DNA of 64,000 bases from Yuukianura sp. NJ FZ-2021. Taxonomy: Eukaryota. Below are positions 47,877-61,197 of this stretch, one piece after another. The translations under genes and the position numbers were made by a program. Within the stretch, counting starts at the first letter, position 1. Every line of letters begins with the position of its first letter. A model generated the notes under the pieces. That model had not been told where the DNA came from and ran no database searches. It saw nothing but the letters and a program-made list of their open reading frames with translations. Location of the stretch: positions 2,604,001 to 2,668,000 of the forward strand of contig CM102286.1 of NCBI GenBank assembly GCA_046563655.1, given 5' to 3'.

Positions 47877-50324
47877 ATGAGTAAATCAACTAACACGAAT
47901 TCTAGACATTTCAAAAAGTTTGGTAACTTTCACGCCTTAGTCTGTATTACACTGACGCTGTTTTTCAGTTACAGTTTCATATCATATTTTAGTTCACTCA
48001 ACATTGAAATTTCTATTCAACACGACTTTATTACACCATTTGCAAGCGGTGTGACCCAAACATTGTTTTCAAACGATATCGTCATAAGTAAGTAAATTTA
48101 AAAAAAAAGAAAGTTTTTTTTATAACATTTTTTACAACCTTGTTTACAGATACTACTTGTACTATATTTTATTCTGTTGCAGTTATTGATGATAACTTTT
48201 GTCACTTACCAAAGTTGGAGCCCTTTGACAAATCAATTTTGAAGTACTTTGAAAAAGTAGATCCAATTGACTGTACAAAAAATGTTGAAAGTCCATACGA
48301 ATTGCTATTCAGTATCACCAGACACGGGATGCTAACTCCGGAACAACAGCACAGTGATTCCAATGTTTCAGAATGCTGTTTTATTCCAATCCTTGACCCA
48401 AAGAATATTTCATGGTAAGAAAGATTATTACACAAAAAAATTCAAGTTTTTGATTAAAACAATACCAAACATTCTTTAAATAATGTTATTTTTACCGTAA
48501 CAGGTAATTAGAGCGAAAAAAAATAAGCGCGAATTCAGCAAGTTGGCAACAGTGGAATTGAGCATCATTTCGGTATAGCGTACACTGTAACAACTTACGC
48601 TAAACCATAAACCCATGTAGGTTAAGTTTTCTAATCTAAAAAGTTGCTTTGTTTCATTAGTAACATAGGTTCAGTGTTGCCAACTTGCGGAATTTGCACT
48701 TATTGTTTTTGCTCTAATGACCAATATTTTTTTCTGTAGGTGTGAGGAGTTGTGCAAAAAAATCGAGGGACCTGTGCAGCTAGAACTCGAACACGAATTC
48801 CTCGGAATTTTTTGTTTGAAGAATTCAACAGCATTGATTCCTGAACTTGTGGATTTACTATGCTACACACCAATCAAACCAGATTTGGAAGCATCTTTAA
48901 CGAAAATAACCGAAAACAGGTCAAGGTCAAACGAAAGTCACCAGATGAATGTCATTGTGTTTGGAATAGATGCCGTGTCACATCTCAATTTTCAACGAAC
49001 CATGCCCAAAAGCCGTAATTACCTACTGAATACAATGGGGGCTCTTTTTCTCAACGGATATACCAAAGTAGCGGACAATACATTTCCAAATTTAGTTCCA
49101 GTTTTGACAGGAATGGACGTTGACGAATTAACTCAACAATGCTGGCCTACTAAAAAGTCATACTTTGATTCATGTCCATTCATCTGGAAAAATTTTAGTT
49201 CCGAAGGTTACCGAACATCTTATGGCGAAGATGCTGTTTGGATGGGGACTTTCACTTATCAAAAGAAGGGCTTCCAGAATCCACCTACTGACTACTACTT
49301 AACTGATTTCATGTTATCTTCTGCTACAAATATTGGACACTGGAAAGATTTAAATGCAAAGTTATGTTATGGACCACGACTAGCATTTTCTATACTTCTG
49401 GACAACATGGAGAAGTTGGCTGTGACAATGGGTTCGGAACGGCCGTATTTTCAATTCACATGGGCCACGTCCTTGACACACGATTCGCTCAATTATCCAG
49501 GAATTGTTGATGACCAATTTAAATCGTCGTTAGAATTTCTTCAAAATGGAAATTTTTTAAACAATTCCGTCTTAATTGTGATGAGTGACCATGGAATGAG
49601 GATTGGCGGCATTCGAACAACGTTTCAGGGAAAAGTTGAGGAGAATATGCCACTTTTATATGCTGTTTTCCCCCCATGGTTTAAACAACGGTACTCAAAA
49701 GCTGTGGACAACTTTGTCCAAAATGGGCAAAAGTTAACTACTCCATTTGATATTCATGAAACTCTGAAAGATTTCCTAAATTTGAATGAAATTGAAAACA
49801 ATCAAATTCAGACAAGACAAAAATCGTTAGCTAACAATTCTCTTCCACGTGGAATGAGTTTGTTCCTCGAAATTCCGAGTAATCGTACTTGTGAAGATGC
49901 TGCCATTCCAGACACTTACTGTGTGTGTCATGCCATGCGTTCAGTGTCAATTGAATCTCGCGCAGTAGTTCGTGCTGTAGAAGCGGCGGTTGCAAGTTTA
50001 AATTTTTTGCTCGAACCGTACCCGCAGTGTGCCCAACTGCAATTGAACGAGACTGTTGCAGCACATAGTGTTGAGTTGCGCATGCGCTCGAACAGCACTG
50101 ATCTTTTGAAAATAAAACGTAAAGAGTTTGTGGTTGTTTTTAAAACGGAACCTGGGGACGCCCTCTTTGAGGCTACTGTGATATCACACGGGAAAAAAAA
50201 TGTTGATGGCCCTGGCCCTAGGCGTAACTGGACAGTGGCGGGAGATATAAGTAGAATTAATGAATACGGTAACCAAAGTCACTGTGTAGATGAAACAACT
50301 TTGAAAAAATATTGTTACTGCTAA
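47877..50324 (+). CDS. DUF229-family protein, copy 3, 3 exons
   Basis: Tandem paralog with the same exon structure and motifs. Confidence 0.85.
48503..48722. mobile_element. Foldback/MITE-like insertion in DUF229 copy 3, intron 2
   Basis: Inverted arms ggtaattagagcg...gcgcgaattcagcaagttggcaacagtg ... cagtgttgccaacttgcggaatttgcac...gctctaatgacc. Confidence 0.7.
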
Positions 50325-50585
50325 CCTTACCTAAAATGTCAACAATACTTCGAATGTTAATGTGGTTTAATGTACTAATACGATAAGCATAATGTAGTAA
50401 TAAGGGTAGCATACTGCAAACATACCATATGATGTTGTATAATGTTAAGGTTAACTACAGATAACTCTTGTACAGCGAATGTTACAACACTTACATCAGT
50501 AGTAAATTATTTGATTTATATTTGCATGAGACAACTTTAGCTAATTAGTTAAATTAATTGCCAGCAAAGTAATTTAGTATACAAA

Positions 50586-51928
50586 CTATTTCTTTAAAGC
50601 TGTGAGCATTAGGAGGTTGATGACCCATGCCACGACGACACTGGAGACGACACGCAAAAAAGTATTACGGGAAAGGCGTAGATATGGACCAACTTGCCAG
50701 TACAAAGGGCGGCAAGATTTGAAAAAGCGGATATTTGCTTTGAAAAGCGATTGGTTGAGAAATTTCATTTCTCTGTATTCAGAGGACGGCGTTGTAATTG
50801 CCACTGCTAATTTCATTCCAAAATGAAACAAAATCAGCGTGATAGTGGCAAATGCGAGTTCTCCTAAGAACATTAATGATATAGTGCCACTGGAGTGTCG
50901 GACAGCCGAGTAGTACGACAGAATAACGTTAAGAATTAAAACGGGAAACAATGTTAACAAAGCGTGGTACGCAATGTCCAGTACTTGTCCGTGCAGAATT
51001 TGTAGTTGGCGGTATATTCTGTGCAGAGTGATCAACGGCAAGCTCCGCTTCTTTTGAAAACTGGTAAAAATGTTCAAATTTTTTCAATTTTAGAACTTTA
51101 ACATAAAATTTCAAATTTTGTATGGCAGTACTGAATTTGGCGACAATGTTGTAGCCAAAACTTTGTCAAGCTGAAGTGAAAGAAGATGACCGTCGCCGGT
51201 CCAAAGCTTGCAACTAGATCAATAAAGAAACCAAAACCGAATCCAAAATCCAGCCAAATGTTGCCGTAGCTGTAGAAAATTCGAAAAAATGGCGACTTCT
51301 GATATGCTGCCAACATGGACAAGGGAATTGCACACACAATCCCTATTCCAAATCCTAAAAAGATGTAACTGATGAGTCGTATATGACCAAGGATGGGCAC
51401 GTCAAGGCTATTACTGGCATGTTTTCTGAAAATTTTAACTAACAAGAAAATATTATTAAATTCACGTATACAAAATTTGAATTTTTTTTCAAACTTTGGC
51501 TAACCTGAATTCGCATGGAATTTTCTCAGATGATTTAGATGAGCTGCAGCATTTCTGAATTCTTTGAATAGAAAAAGATGAACAATGAGTCCCATACTTA
51601 TTACAGTAATGTAAAAATATCTTAAAGATTTTTCAATTAGATCAACTGAACGACTGCTGATTAAGTACAGTGTCATAAACAAAAATAGAATTCGGGAAAG
51701 TATGATTCCAGAGTAGTACAGTTTCCACATCCCAAACTTCGAAATTTTGAACGCAAAAATTTTTGTGGACCAAGTTTTTATGATCTTTGTTTCACTGCTC
51801 CAAACGACCACCTTTTGTTCTGATTCAATCCAATCCATAGGATAAAGTTTGAAAAATTTGCAAACATTTAAATAGGTTTTAACAATTATTTTGGTTAAAA
51901 ATATTTGACGGGATCCAATGTTCTCCAT
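50586..51928 (-). CDS. Divergent multi-pass chemoreceptor (gustatory-receptor-like). Exons approx. 51928-51505, 51425-51132, 51060-50586
   Basis: About 400 aa with multiple hydrophobic helices; C-terminus FFKSCRPLYWQVGPYLRLSRNTF...VINLLM resembles the GR/OR TM7 region. Confidence 0.6.
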
Positions 51929-52927
51929 GCTTAGCTGAAACGAAAGTAAAACTGCAAAAGTGAAAGTGGAACTTTGAACCAGTTTTACATTGACAATGAC
52001 ACTGGCAATGACAACTGCCAAAATGTGTATTGATTTCGAAAACGTGTCTTACGGCAGTGAAATCATCAGAAAAACACAACTTGAACAAGTTCACTTTGCC
52101 AAAATTTTTAAAACAAACAAGATTTTGCAAAGTAGAGTACAATCGAAATTTACTCTTGAAAACGAAAAGTTGAGCTGTCAAAGGCAACTTAAGTAAATGC
52201 CCTCCAAATATGTTTATGCTTGCTTACTGGTTGCAATTGTAGAAAATTGAAAGTTGAAACGATTTTCTACACAAAATTTTGCTGAAACGTTTTCTTCGAT
52301 ATTCGAAAATTGCTTAAATGTAGTTAAAACCCAAAAATTGAAAAACTGAATAATTCAAAATTCAAAACAACTTATAATAATGTGATACATAAATCAACAA
52401 ACACTTAAATAACTTTAGCCCACTTTTTTTACACGCGTAGCTATTAACTGTAGTATTAGGTGAGGCGAATATTATGTAAGAATACAAAGGGACAATAGAA
52501 AAATCAAAATCTGTTTAACTATATGTTGTTTACTAGTTACGTAATTTTGCCACAAGTAAAAAAAAAAAGAAGTTGAACTTGGATAAATGTATTTAACATG
52601 GCTTTTGCTTGAGTACTTGAGTTATACTTTTGCATCTTTGAGTAATTCTTAATGTCGCCTATTGTTTTTTGTAGTAATGAAGCATGAAGCAACCAAACAA
52701 TTCCCATTTCTACCCCTTTCCACTAACTACTTTTTGCATTACTATTTCTTAAGTTCTCAAAGTTGCATCAATTCCTCTCCTTTTCATCTTCATTTCAAGT
52801 GTGAAAGAACCTCAGCTCTGCATTTACTGTAATTAAAAGCCAAAAATACATAAAGTTTGTACGAACTTACGGACTAAAGTGTTTTTTTTAAAGGTGCAAA
52901 TTGCTTAAGCTGTGCATTTTTCACAAA

Positions 52928-53759
52928 ATGGAGTGCGAAACGCCTTGCTCTTTTGTCAAAAAATTTAGAAAACTAGCTGGATTCCTGGATATTGTAAGAA
53001 ATATTTAGTACATTTCTATAAAAAGTAAACATTTCAAAAACTTAGAATTTTAGATAAAAATCGAGTTACGAGAATTTCAAAAAATAATAATTTTTTTTTC
53101 AATTTTAGGTTATTGGAGCAGCGGGTATAATTACGATATGCTATTTTACCTACGCGAATCGGACAAGACGGAATGGATTGGCTACCGGCACAGAAAAACT
53201 TCCTTTCATAGCAACAGAACTAGACGACGAACTAATCGCTCTTGACACAGGTCATTTTTTTTTTTGAAAATTTTTTAGAATTTGATAGAAATTGGCAATA
53301 GATTCAAAAATTTACCTTGCTTCACTGCTTCTTGTATGAACTTAGTTTTAAATTTTCGTTTTTCAGAGTTGTGCATAGACGCCATCCTGTATGTTGTTCC
53401 ATCGCTGGTGACAATTTTAGTAGGCCTTTTGATTTTGGTAGCAGCGATGAAGGTATGATGGGCCAATATGGCAGTGCAGTCTGAACGAGCGGGAGAAAAA
53501 TTTCAAAATTTTTGAAATTTTTTCATAATTTTTGTTCATAATTTTGTCGCAGGATTCGTTTGCTTGGAGTAAAATTGCCATCACGATGACTCTTGCTCTT
53601 ATTGGAGTTTGCTCTGCAATTGTGGGTGTGACCTTTGGCCTTGGAACGTACTGGATGAGACTGATTCCGCTCGTTGTAAATATTGGAATCCAAGTTTTTG
53701 TACTAGGAATCGCCATTGAAATGTACTTTTCATCGCAGCACCTGGTAAAGTTACAGTAA
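52928..53759 (+). CDS. Small 4-TM membrane protein of unknown function, 4 exons
   Basis: Splices in frame: MECETPCSFVKKFRKLAGFLDI|VIGAAGIITICYF...|ELCIDAILYVVPSLVTILVGLLILVAAMK|DSFAWSKIAITMTLALIG... Confidence 0.6.
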
Positions 53760-54015
53760 AAAAAGCAAATTATATCTACTACTACTTTCACTCAATCGCA
53801 ATTAGTATTTAACTTACAATTAGCATAAGGTCAAGGTCATGTGAGAATGTGCAAAACGCTCAATATTTTCCTAATGATTGCCAAAATAAAGACACGGAAA
53901 CTGCGTGATTTGTAAAATTTTAATTCTGCGTAAAATAAATGAAAACAATTTCTTATCTTGTTACATAAAAAATATAAATTAGTGAAGAAAAAATCACCAC
54001 AGGGCATGAATTCCA

Positions 54016-55226
54016 TCATTTCTTCTTGGGCAGACTTCCGAACGCTGAAATCGTAACTGTTTTTGGTTTTACTACAGCAGCGGAGTTTAAAGAATTAGCA
54101 GTGGCAGGATTAGGTGGCACATTAGCTGCGGTGGAATGGGAGGATCCTACAGTCATAAGTAGCGGTGGCATGACACCGCGTTGGTCCCATTTTGATTTCC
54201 GCTTAGCCTCTGCTTCTGGTTGACTACTTCCTGTTCCAGCTGAAAACAATTAAATGTAATGCATAGATATAAGAACTGATTGATACATAATTTTATAAAA
54301 AATTACATGGAGTGGGAACGGTTTTCTTGGCCGTTCCGGACACAAATTCTACTTTGGTTCTATCTCTGCGTTCTTTCTCACGTCGATCCATTTCGGTTTT
54401 CTGTACTTTAGCCAATTCATCATAAAAGGAACCTTCTTTCCATTCGTGTGGATTAAACATGTGCTGAATAAAGAAAAAAAAACTAACTTAGAGAAATCCC
54501 GTATGAAATTGAAAATGATAATTCCTCACCTCTGGGTAATTAGTACCAAATTCATCAATATCCAAGTGAGAAATCAGTTTTTCGTAAATACTTGGGTTAC
54601 GAAACATTTTCTTCGTTTGAATAACCTCGTTCATGTTAAGTTGTCCTCTCTTTGTCTGCTCGTACATCGTTGTGAACTTCTCTTGTAACTTTGCGGAACA
54701 TTTCCCTGGAGGAGCTGGTGGCAGTTTCACCCTCTTTATTGAAGATGACGACATTTCATCATCGGAACTCACCGATTCCAGTTGTTGCTCGTGCGGAGAT
54801 TGCCGTTCAGCGGGGGATTTATCCACATCACCAACGCCATGTTCAATAATGTCACCCCCTTCATTTGCTGTACCGAACTCTCGTTCTACTCCTATAGGAA
54901 AGTCATCAATTGCATCGTCATCAATTAAGTCAAGGGCATTCCTTGTTCCGCTATCACCTCCTCTGGATTGACCTGATAACATTCCGTCCGTCGAAGTCCC
55001 ACTTTCATCTTGAGATACTCCACTTCTGCTTTCTTCTTGAGAGGCTTCAATTTGACTCAGCGGAACTATGTAAAAGAAACGAAGATGCAAAATATGAAAA
55101 CGTAATGTTTTTAGTCAACTGCATAAATACGGCAACATAATTCTGCTTACCAGGTGAGTGTTCTTCGTCTTCAGAATCGGTATAATTGGCCGTCAGTGAC
55201 GCTAGAGCGGAATTTCTGCTGGACAT
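54016..55226 (-). CDS. SAP30BP: SAP30-binding protein (HCNGP family)
   Basis: ALASLTANYTDSEDE, LPPAPPGKCSAKLQEK, FRNPSIYEKLI...IDEFGTNYP, KRKSKWD and ISAFGSL. Confidence 0.92.
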
Positions 55227-55716
55227 ATTCTAGAATCTAGATTGCCAAATTCCTAAATAAAAAACAAAACTCAACGACCTGTTTCGTGAACTTGTCTGTG
55301 GTATGTTATGGTTGATTAATTGTTTAAACTGTACAGTTAAAACGTTGATTTAGATTTACGTTTTGTATCGTTTCGTTAATCGTCTTCTATGTAAAAAGAG
55401 ATGATGATAAGATGAAAAGATGAAATTGAGAAAAAAAAATGAAACGAAACAATTTTCTCAAGTCAAACTCAAATTTTTTATTCCCGCCAACTGACTGTAT
55501 CACAAAACCCCAAACCACATGCGATGTCTTATCCACTGAATTGGCAGAACGCGCCGGCGGGTTTTTTGAAATTATCCACAAATGTAAACACAAAAGAAAT
55601 TGGGAAATCCGAAATCGTCTTGCGATTTTCGTGCGGTCAGCCAATTCAATTGTCAAAGTCCATTCTCATAACGTTTCTTCAACCTTCTAACATTCAAAAC
55701 GAAAAATCGATCTGAG

Positions 55717-56825
55717 ATGCTGGATCTTGTGGAGCAGTTGTTTGGGACGCGAGACGTTTATGTCGTTCTCAACAACATTTCAAAGCGAGATGCTGCTGAT
55801 CCAAAGAAACGTAAGTTGAATTTCCGGATGAACCAATTAAATAGGCATTCAATTGAACCGATATTATCTTGTTTTCTTTCCAGTTCGAGCCGGATACCTT
55901 CGAGCAGCACTGGCCTATCATCCTGATAAAGCTACCCCAGCTGATAAGGAAGCGTCCACCCAAAAGTTCCAAGTGCTGACCAAGATTTACGAAGTACTCA
56001 AGAATGATGAAAATCGCAAATTGTTTGAAGAAACTGGTTTGTTGATTCGAACTAATTTGTGCCATGACGTGTTAGCGTATTGTGATTAATTTCATTTGAT
56101 TTGTTTCGCAGGTGCATGGCCGGACGAGGAGTCCATGGAACTTGATGCTAGTTTGTTTAGCAGATTGGATGAATCGAAAATCCTGGACTTCAAGAAATAT
56201 TATCAAGGTAATAGGCGTAGGACCAATGACACGCATTGAATTTTGAGCGACAGTAGAGTTGTGCGTAATTGAATTTGAATAAAATAAATGTGTTGCAGGA
56301 TCGGAGGAGGAGATGAAGGATGTGAAAGAATTGTACGAAAAGCACAATGGAAATGTCATTAAAGTTATGGACGATCTGTTCTTCTCGACTTTTCTCGAAG
56401 AGGGTTTCAACCGAGTGGAAAGCATCATCGCTACGCTTGTCGAACGAGGAGATCTTGCCGAAATTCCTCCAGCGAACCCCAAGACATATGAAGCAGCAAA
56501 GAAGCGTAAGATAGCCAAGGTAAATCGAATTACACTACAACACAAGTAAAAGCAACAGGTTATGAATCTTATAATTAAATCGTACTGGCTCCACTAGGCC
56601 AAAAAGGAAGCCGCGGAGGCAGAAGCGCTTCTAGCTTCTATCCAAAAGAAGGGGAAACGAATCGTGCCTCAACTGAAAACTGATGAGGATTTGGCTACAG
56701 CGATTCTGTCTCGTCGTGAAAGAACTGGCAGCTCTTTTCTTGATCAACTAGAAGCAAAATATGGTGCCATGGAAGAAGAATCTGCAGCCAAGCCTCCTCG
56801 TCGTAAAAAGTCACGCAAGAACTAG
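55717..56825 (+). CDS. DNAJC9: DnaJ homolog subfamily C member 9-like, about 5 exons
   Basis: N-terminal J-domain (LFGTRDVYVVL..., HPDK...KFQVL); Y.GSEEEMKDVKELY; C-terminal SFLDQLEAKYG. Confidence 0.8.
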
Positions 56826-57182
56826 TCGATAGTGTCTTGCGTCAATTATCTTTGCTCATGTCAGTCTACCGTACCGTAACCCGCTGCACTTCCAATAACG
56901 CATAAATACATGAAACGATCGCGTAACTAAATTCCAAATTAGAATAGAGTTGTGCTTTAATGTAACTGTCCCTTCACTTTAAATGTATCATTTATCATCA
57001 ATTCAAAAATAAGTCAATAAATTTCATACGTTTTCCAGTATTATAATACATTCCACGTAATAATAATAAGTAATAAATGTTATACATTTTTGTCATTGTC
57101 AACAGCCTGATGCCATTTTCCCACAGGTACTTAAAATATTGGCGTTGTCGACATAGTTTCAAACATTTTTGAAATTTCACGT

Positions 57183-58413
57183 TCAACTGCTATTTCTTGT
57201 GGCAAAAAACACTGCAACACCAACTATCAAACACAACACAACAAGTGAAATCCAGAGTCCATGCAGTCTTCCACGACAGTTGTGTTGTTGGTGGTCCATT
57301 TGCTAATTCAACGGAAATTTTAGAAGATATATTGAAATTTTAAAAATTTGGCAAACATTTGTAAAATACTTAAGGGTTGTATTTCGTGCTTACCCAAAGA
57401 GTGCCAAAAATCATGAGAATTGCTTTAGTAGTGACTGGCATTTGAACCGATGGAAAGTACAGTTTGATCCCACGGAAAGTAGCAACACCGCGGCGAATAT
57501 GCGCAAATGTAACGCCACCAGCAGCAACCAGATTCCCACCGATATCTCGAATCTGGAAACACAAAACGGACGAAACAATATTCAAATTTTTTGGAAGACT
57601 TTGGAACTTCTTGAGTTTAAACTCAATTTACATTATATGTTATGCTTATTTATCAAAAATTTAAAACTTTTACCTCCATTCCAGGCAGTCCGCCATTGGA
57701 AGTAGGGCGAGCTCGGAAGACATTTCCAGTCACGTGGTCTGTAATTGTCGCTTCATGCTGCAGTAACCTTGGAGTTGTATACTCAATGCGTCCAATTGGT
57801 TCTGCACAGGCGGGAATATAGACGTCGGAAGACGCTGGCTTTAAAATAACATATTTTTGACAAGCATGATAACAAAACACAGAGATTTTTTAGAAATGAA
57901 ACAATTCCTCCACGGTTACTTACTTTGGCGCAGCATGGGGTACATACTACAGAATCGTATGTAAAGCTGACAACAGTTGAGCCTTGAAATTTGATAGGAA
58001 TTGTTGAGCCCGTGGTACATGCGCAGAAGCAAAGGTAGTTCGGTTGATATGGTCCTTCCAGTTCATGTAAACGTTCATTTGCTGCATTGAATGTTTCTAG
58101 TTTCAGATTCGGTGAAAAGTGACATCCAGGTATTTTGTTCCACTCAACTTTTGAAGTAAATTTCAAATAGCGTGACAGATCTTCCAGATCCAAGTCGCCT
58201 TCATTTTCTGACTGGATCATATTGTTCAAAAGTAAAGCAATATTTTGCCTTGACTCAATTTCTAAAACAACTGGAGGCAGTTCAATATTATCGTCATTTT
58301 CTGCACCAAGCGCAGACTGCAGGAACGTTTCCTAAAATTTATTCAAAATTTCAAGAAATCAAATTTTTAATTTGTTTTTAAAGTCATAACAATTTTACCT
58401 CTGTGTCTGCCAT
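57183..58413 (-). CDS. Phospholipid-scramblase-like protein with a C-terminal TM segment, multi-exon
   Basis: Cys clusters (CFCAC, CTPCC), IGRIEY, GIKLYFPSVQMPVTTKAILMIFG and a C-terminal hydrophobic helix LWISLVVLCLIVGVAVFF. Confidence 0.6.
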
Positions 58414-59422
58414 TGTATGGAAAATCGTCGCTTAAAAAATCCTGTAGTGCAAATTTGAGTTGTGCTAATTTTAGGTCGAAATTAATTAGTCAGCCTCCAT
58501 ACCGCAGAAAAAAATCTAACCAATTGCTGTTGCTATATGCTTTTTTTTGCCTAATACTAAAGTGGTGGGTGTTTTCATGCATTTGGAATATATCAGCAAT
58601 CCCTAAAGTGCAGGTTCACTTTACGTAAAGTAGGAGTACTATAAGTAAGTGTCAAACTAAATTTTTTGTGTGCAGTGCATTGCCTACTATGAAAATTTAA
58701 CACAACCGTCATCCGTATTTCTCCGAATATTTTCAGAATTTGTTCTGGAGAAATGAGCAAAGGCAAAGGAGAATTATTGAAGCAAAAAACTTCATTTGTA
58801 TTTTTTTCAATGTTTCAATTAAAATAGTATTTTCAGTTCCACAAACTTTTGTGACACAAAATTTGTGTTGACAAAAGCTTAAAATTACGAAATCTAAATT
58901 ATCTAATAAGGAAGTTTACATGTTTAGTTTGATAAGTGTAAGGCATTGTCGAAATTTTAGGAAAATGTGGTTTGTCATCAGCCACTTCATAATTGAAACA
59001 ATCGCTTGTTGAATTGAAATTTAAAAAGAAGAACGGTTTTAAACAATATGGCTAACGTCAGGAAAAATTTACTAATCCCATTTTATCTTAAATCAGCATC
59101 GAATCATAATCCTGTTGAACAAACACTAAAATTACACCTAAGCCATGCAACTAATTCGATTGTCAAAAGAGAATTTATCATTCAATGACGCAATGGACCC
59201 GAATAAATTCTGCAAACGCTGACAAATTAAAAACAAAACTAATCGAAACATACTTAATTTCCAAAAATGTTGGAAAATTTATGTGATAAAATTTAGCCTA
59301 ATCTGGACAGAACATTGAAACTAATCAACCCAACAACGAACTGATGAGTTTTGATAATTCCAATATGTAAAAAATTTTGTATTGAAAAAATACAATTGGA
59401 GAGAGACATTGGAATCGTTTTC

Positions 59423-59430
59423 CTATAAGT
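59423..59430 (+). promoter_or_regulatory. TATA-like box within a promoter block shared by crystallin-like copies 1 and 2 (second box at about 61122)
   Basis: ggaatcgttttcctataagta and ggaatcggtttcctataaata lie about 75 nt upstream of each ATG; about 170 bp upstream align between the two copies. Confidence 0.5.
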
Positions 59431-59500
59431 ACAAGCTGCAACTTAACCATAGTTGTCAAAGTTTTCCAATTCTCGAAAACACTCGACTCCTCTGTTCAAC

Positions 59501-60203
59501 ATGATCAAAGCCGCCATTCTCCTCGCCATTGTGGCTGTTGCTGCTGCGCAGCACACCATCACCTACACTGATGGTGGCAATCCATTCACATACACCAAGG
59601 ATGAGCCACAGTTGTCACTCGCCGCTGTCTCGCAGGCTTGCAAGACCGGAGTGTAAGTTGCAAGAAAACTAGCATACCACTTTTTTTACATTCAAAATTT
59701 TATATTTTGAATTTGCAAATTGCAGTTGGATAACCTACACTGGCAAAGACTACGGAGGTTTCTTGGTTGAGATCTTCCCAGAAATTGGAGCCACATGCCA
59801 CGTTCCTTTTGCTGCCACAACCGGATCTACCCGCTTTGCCGGTATTGAAACTGACTACACACTTCCATCTGCCAGCTTGTTCAGTGCTATCAGCTTGGGC
59901 GGAACCAAGACTGTTGTTGGAGCTGCAGGTCTTGCATCCATTCCTCACCTTATCCAGTCCATCGTCACTGTCAGCGCAGAAGTGGAATTGTACGAACTAG
60001 TCGACTTTGATGTAAATGGAAAAGCGTTGTGCCTTGACTTGAGCGCTGTTTGCAACAAGGGAGTTTGCTGGTCCTGGTCCCTCAGCTCAACCGCCCATGG
60101 ATGGGACATCACCAACGCCAATTCAGTCAAAATCGGATGCTCCCCTAGAGTTCCAGTTGTCAAGGTCATCCCTGACAATGTCTCCACCATCAACGTTTTG
60201 TAA
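59501..60203 (+). CDS. Secreted beta/gamma-crystallin-like protein, copy 1 (2 exons)
   Basis: Signal peptide MIKAAILLAIVAVAAAQ; Greek-key-like motifs TGV|WITYTGKDYGG, GSTR, IQSIV, VELYELVDF and NSVKIGC; phase-2 intron after TGV. Confidence 0.72.
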
Positions 60204-60243
60204 ATCAACAGCGGCGAAAAGTTCGAATACTTACAAAAACACT

Positions 60244-60345
60244 GCCGTATGAGATGAGTTTTTAGAAAAAATGTAGTGAAAGCTATCTTTCAAAATATCG
60301 AAGAAAGCTTTCATTACTTTTCTCTTTAAACTGATCTCATACGGC
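60244..60345. repeat. Imperfect inverted repeat (about 45-bp arms) in the 3' UTR region of crystallin-like copy 1; degenerate copy at about 61958-62060
   Basis: gccgtatgagatgagtttttagaaaaaatgtagtgaaagct pairs with agctttcattacttttctctttaaactgatctcatacggc. Confidence 0.75.
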
Positions 60346-61197
60346 CTTATTCTAAGAAATTGATATCAAAACGACAAACAATGGAAATTTAAAAATAAAA
60401 ATTGAATCATTGCCAAATTTTGTGGCCTCATCTAAACTCTTGATGAAAATGTTTTTGATTTAAGAAAAAGACATGGTTACAATAGACCCCATTCCGTCTA
60501 ACTTCGACCAGAATTTTACGTGATCAATTGATTAATTGCAATGAAACCTAAGCACATAAAACATAGAAACTAAATCCACTTTGGACAACAAATTGTTAGA
60601 CTGATTACTCCTTATCACAATACGAATTTTTTTTCATCAAAAAATTGCAATGGGTTTGAAATAAAATTGTAAATTTTTATGAATACAAAAAAATTCTGCA
60701 AGCTGCCAAGATTTAAAAAAAAGTTAGAATGGGTTAAACAAAAATCAAGCCTGTGAGTATTAGAAGTTGAATGAAATCTGGAGAAAGTAAACTAAAAAAA
60801 AATATTCGCCTAATAAATAATCTAAGCGAAAACTGTTTAACAAAATGTGAGTGAAGTCGAAGAGTGCATGACGCATTAGTGAATTGCACTTACACAAAAG
60901 CTATGCGATAGATTCCGTCGAAAAATAGTTTTTGGCAGATGGACATACTTGAGTTGCAACGTTGCAAGCATTTTGAACAATTTATGTGATAAAACTTTAC
61001 CAATAATTTTGACAGAACATTCAAACTCATCAATTTAACAGCAATCTGATGCGTTTGGGAAATTCTATTCCCAAATTCTTCATAAAAAATTTCAATTCGA
61101 GAGCCATTGCGGAATCGGTTTCCTATAAATACAAATTTCAATTTCTACAAAATTGTCGAACTTTTCAACTTTACTAACACTCGATTATTCGTTCACC

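Noticed and set aside
60980..61125. kappaB-like (GGGAAATTCT) and GATA-like motifs upstream of crystallin-like copy 2
   Set aside because: The kappaB-like site is not conserved in the aligned copy-1 promoter, and such motifs arise by chance in AT-rich DNA.
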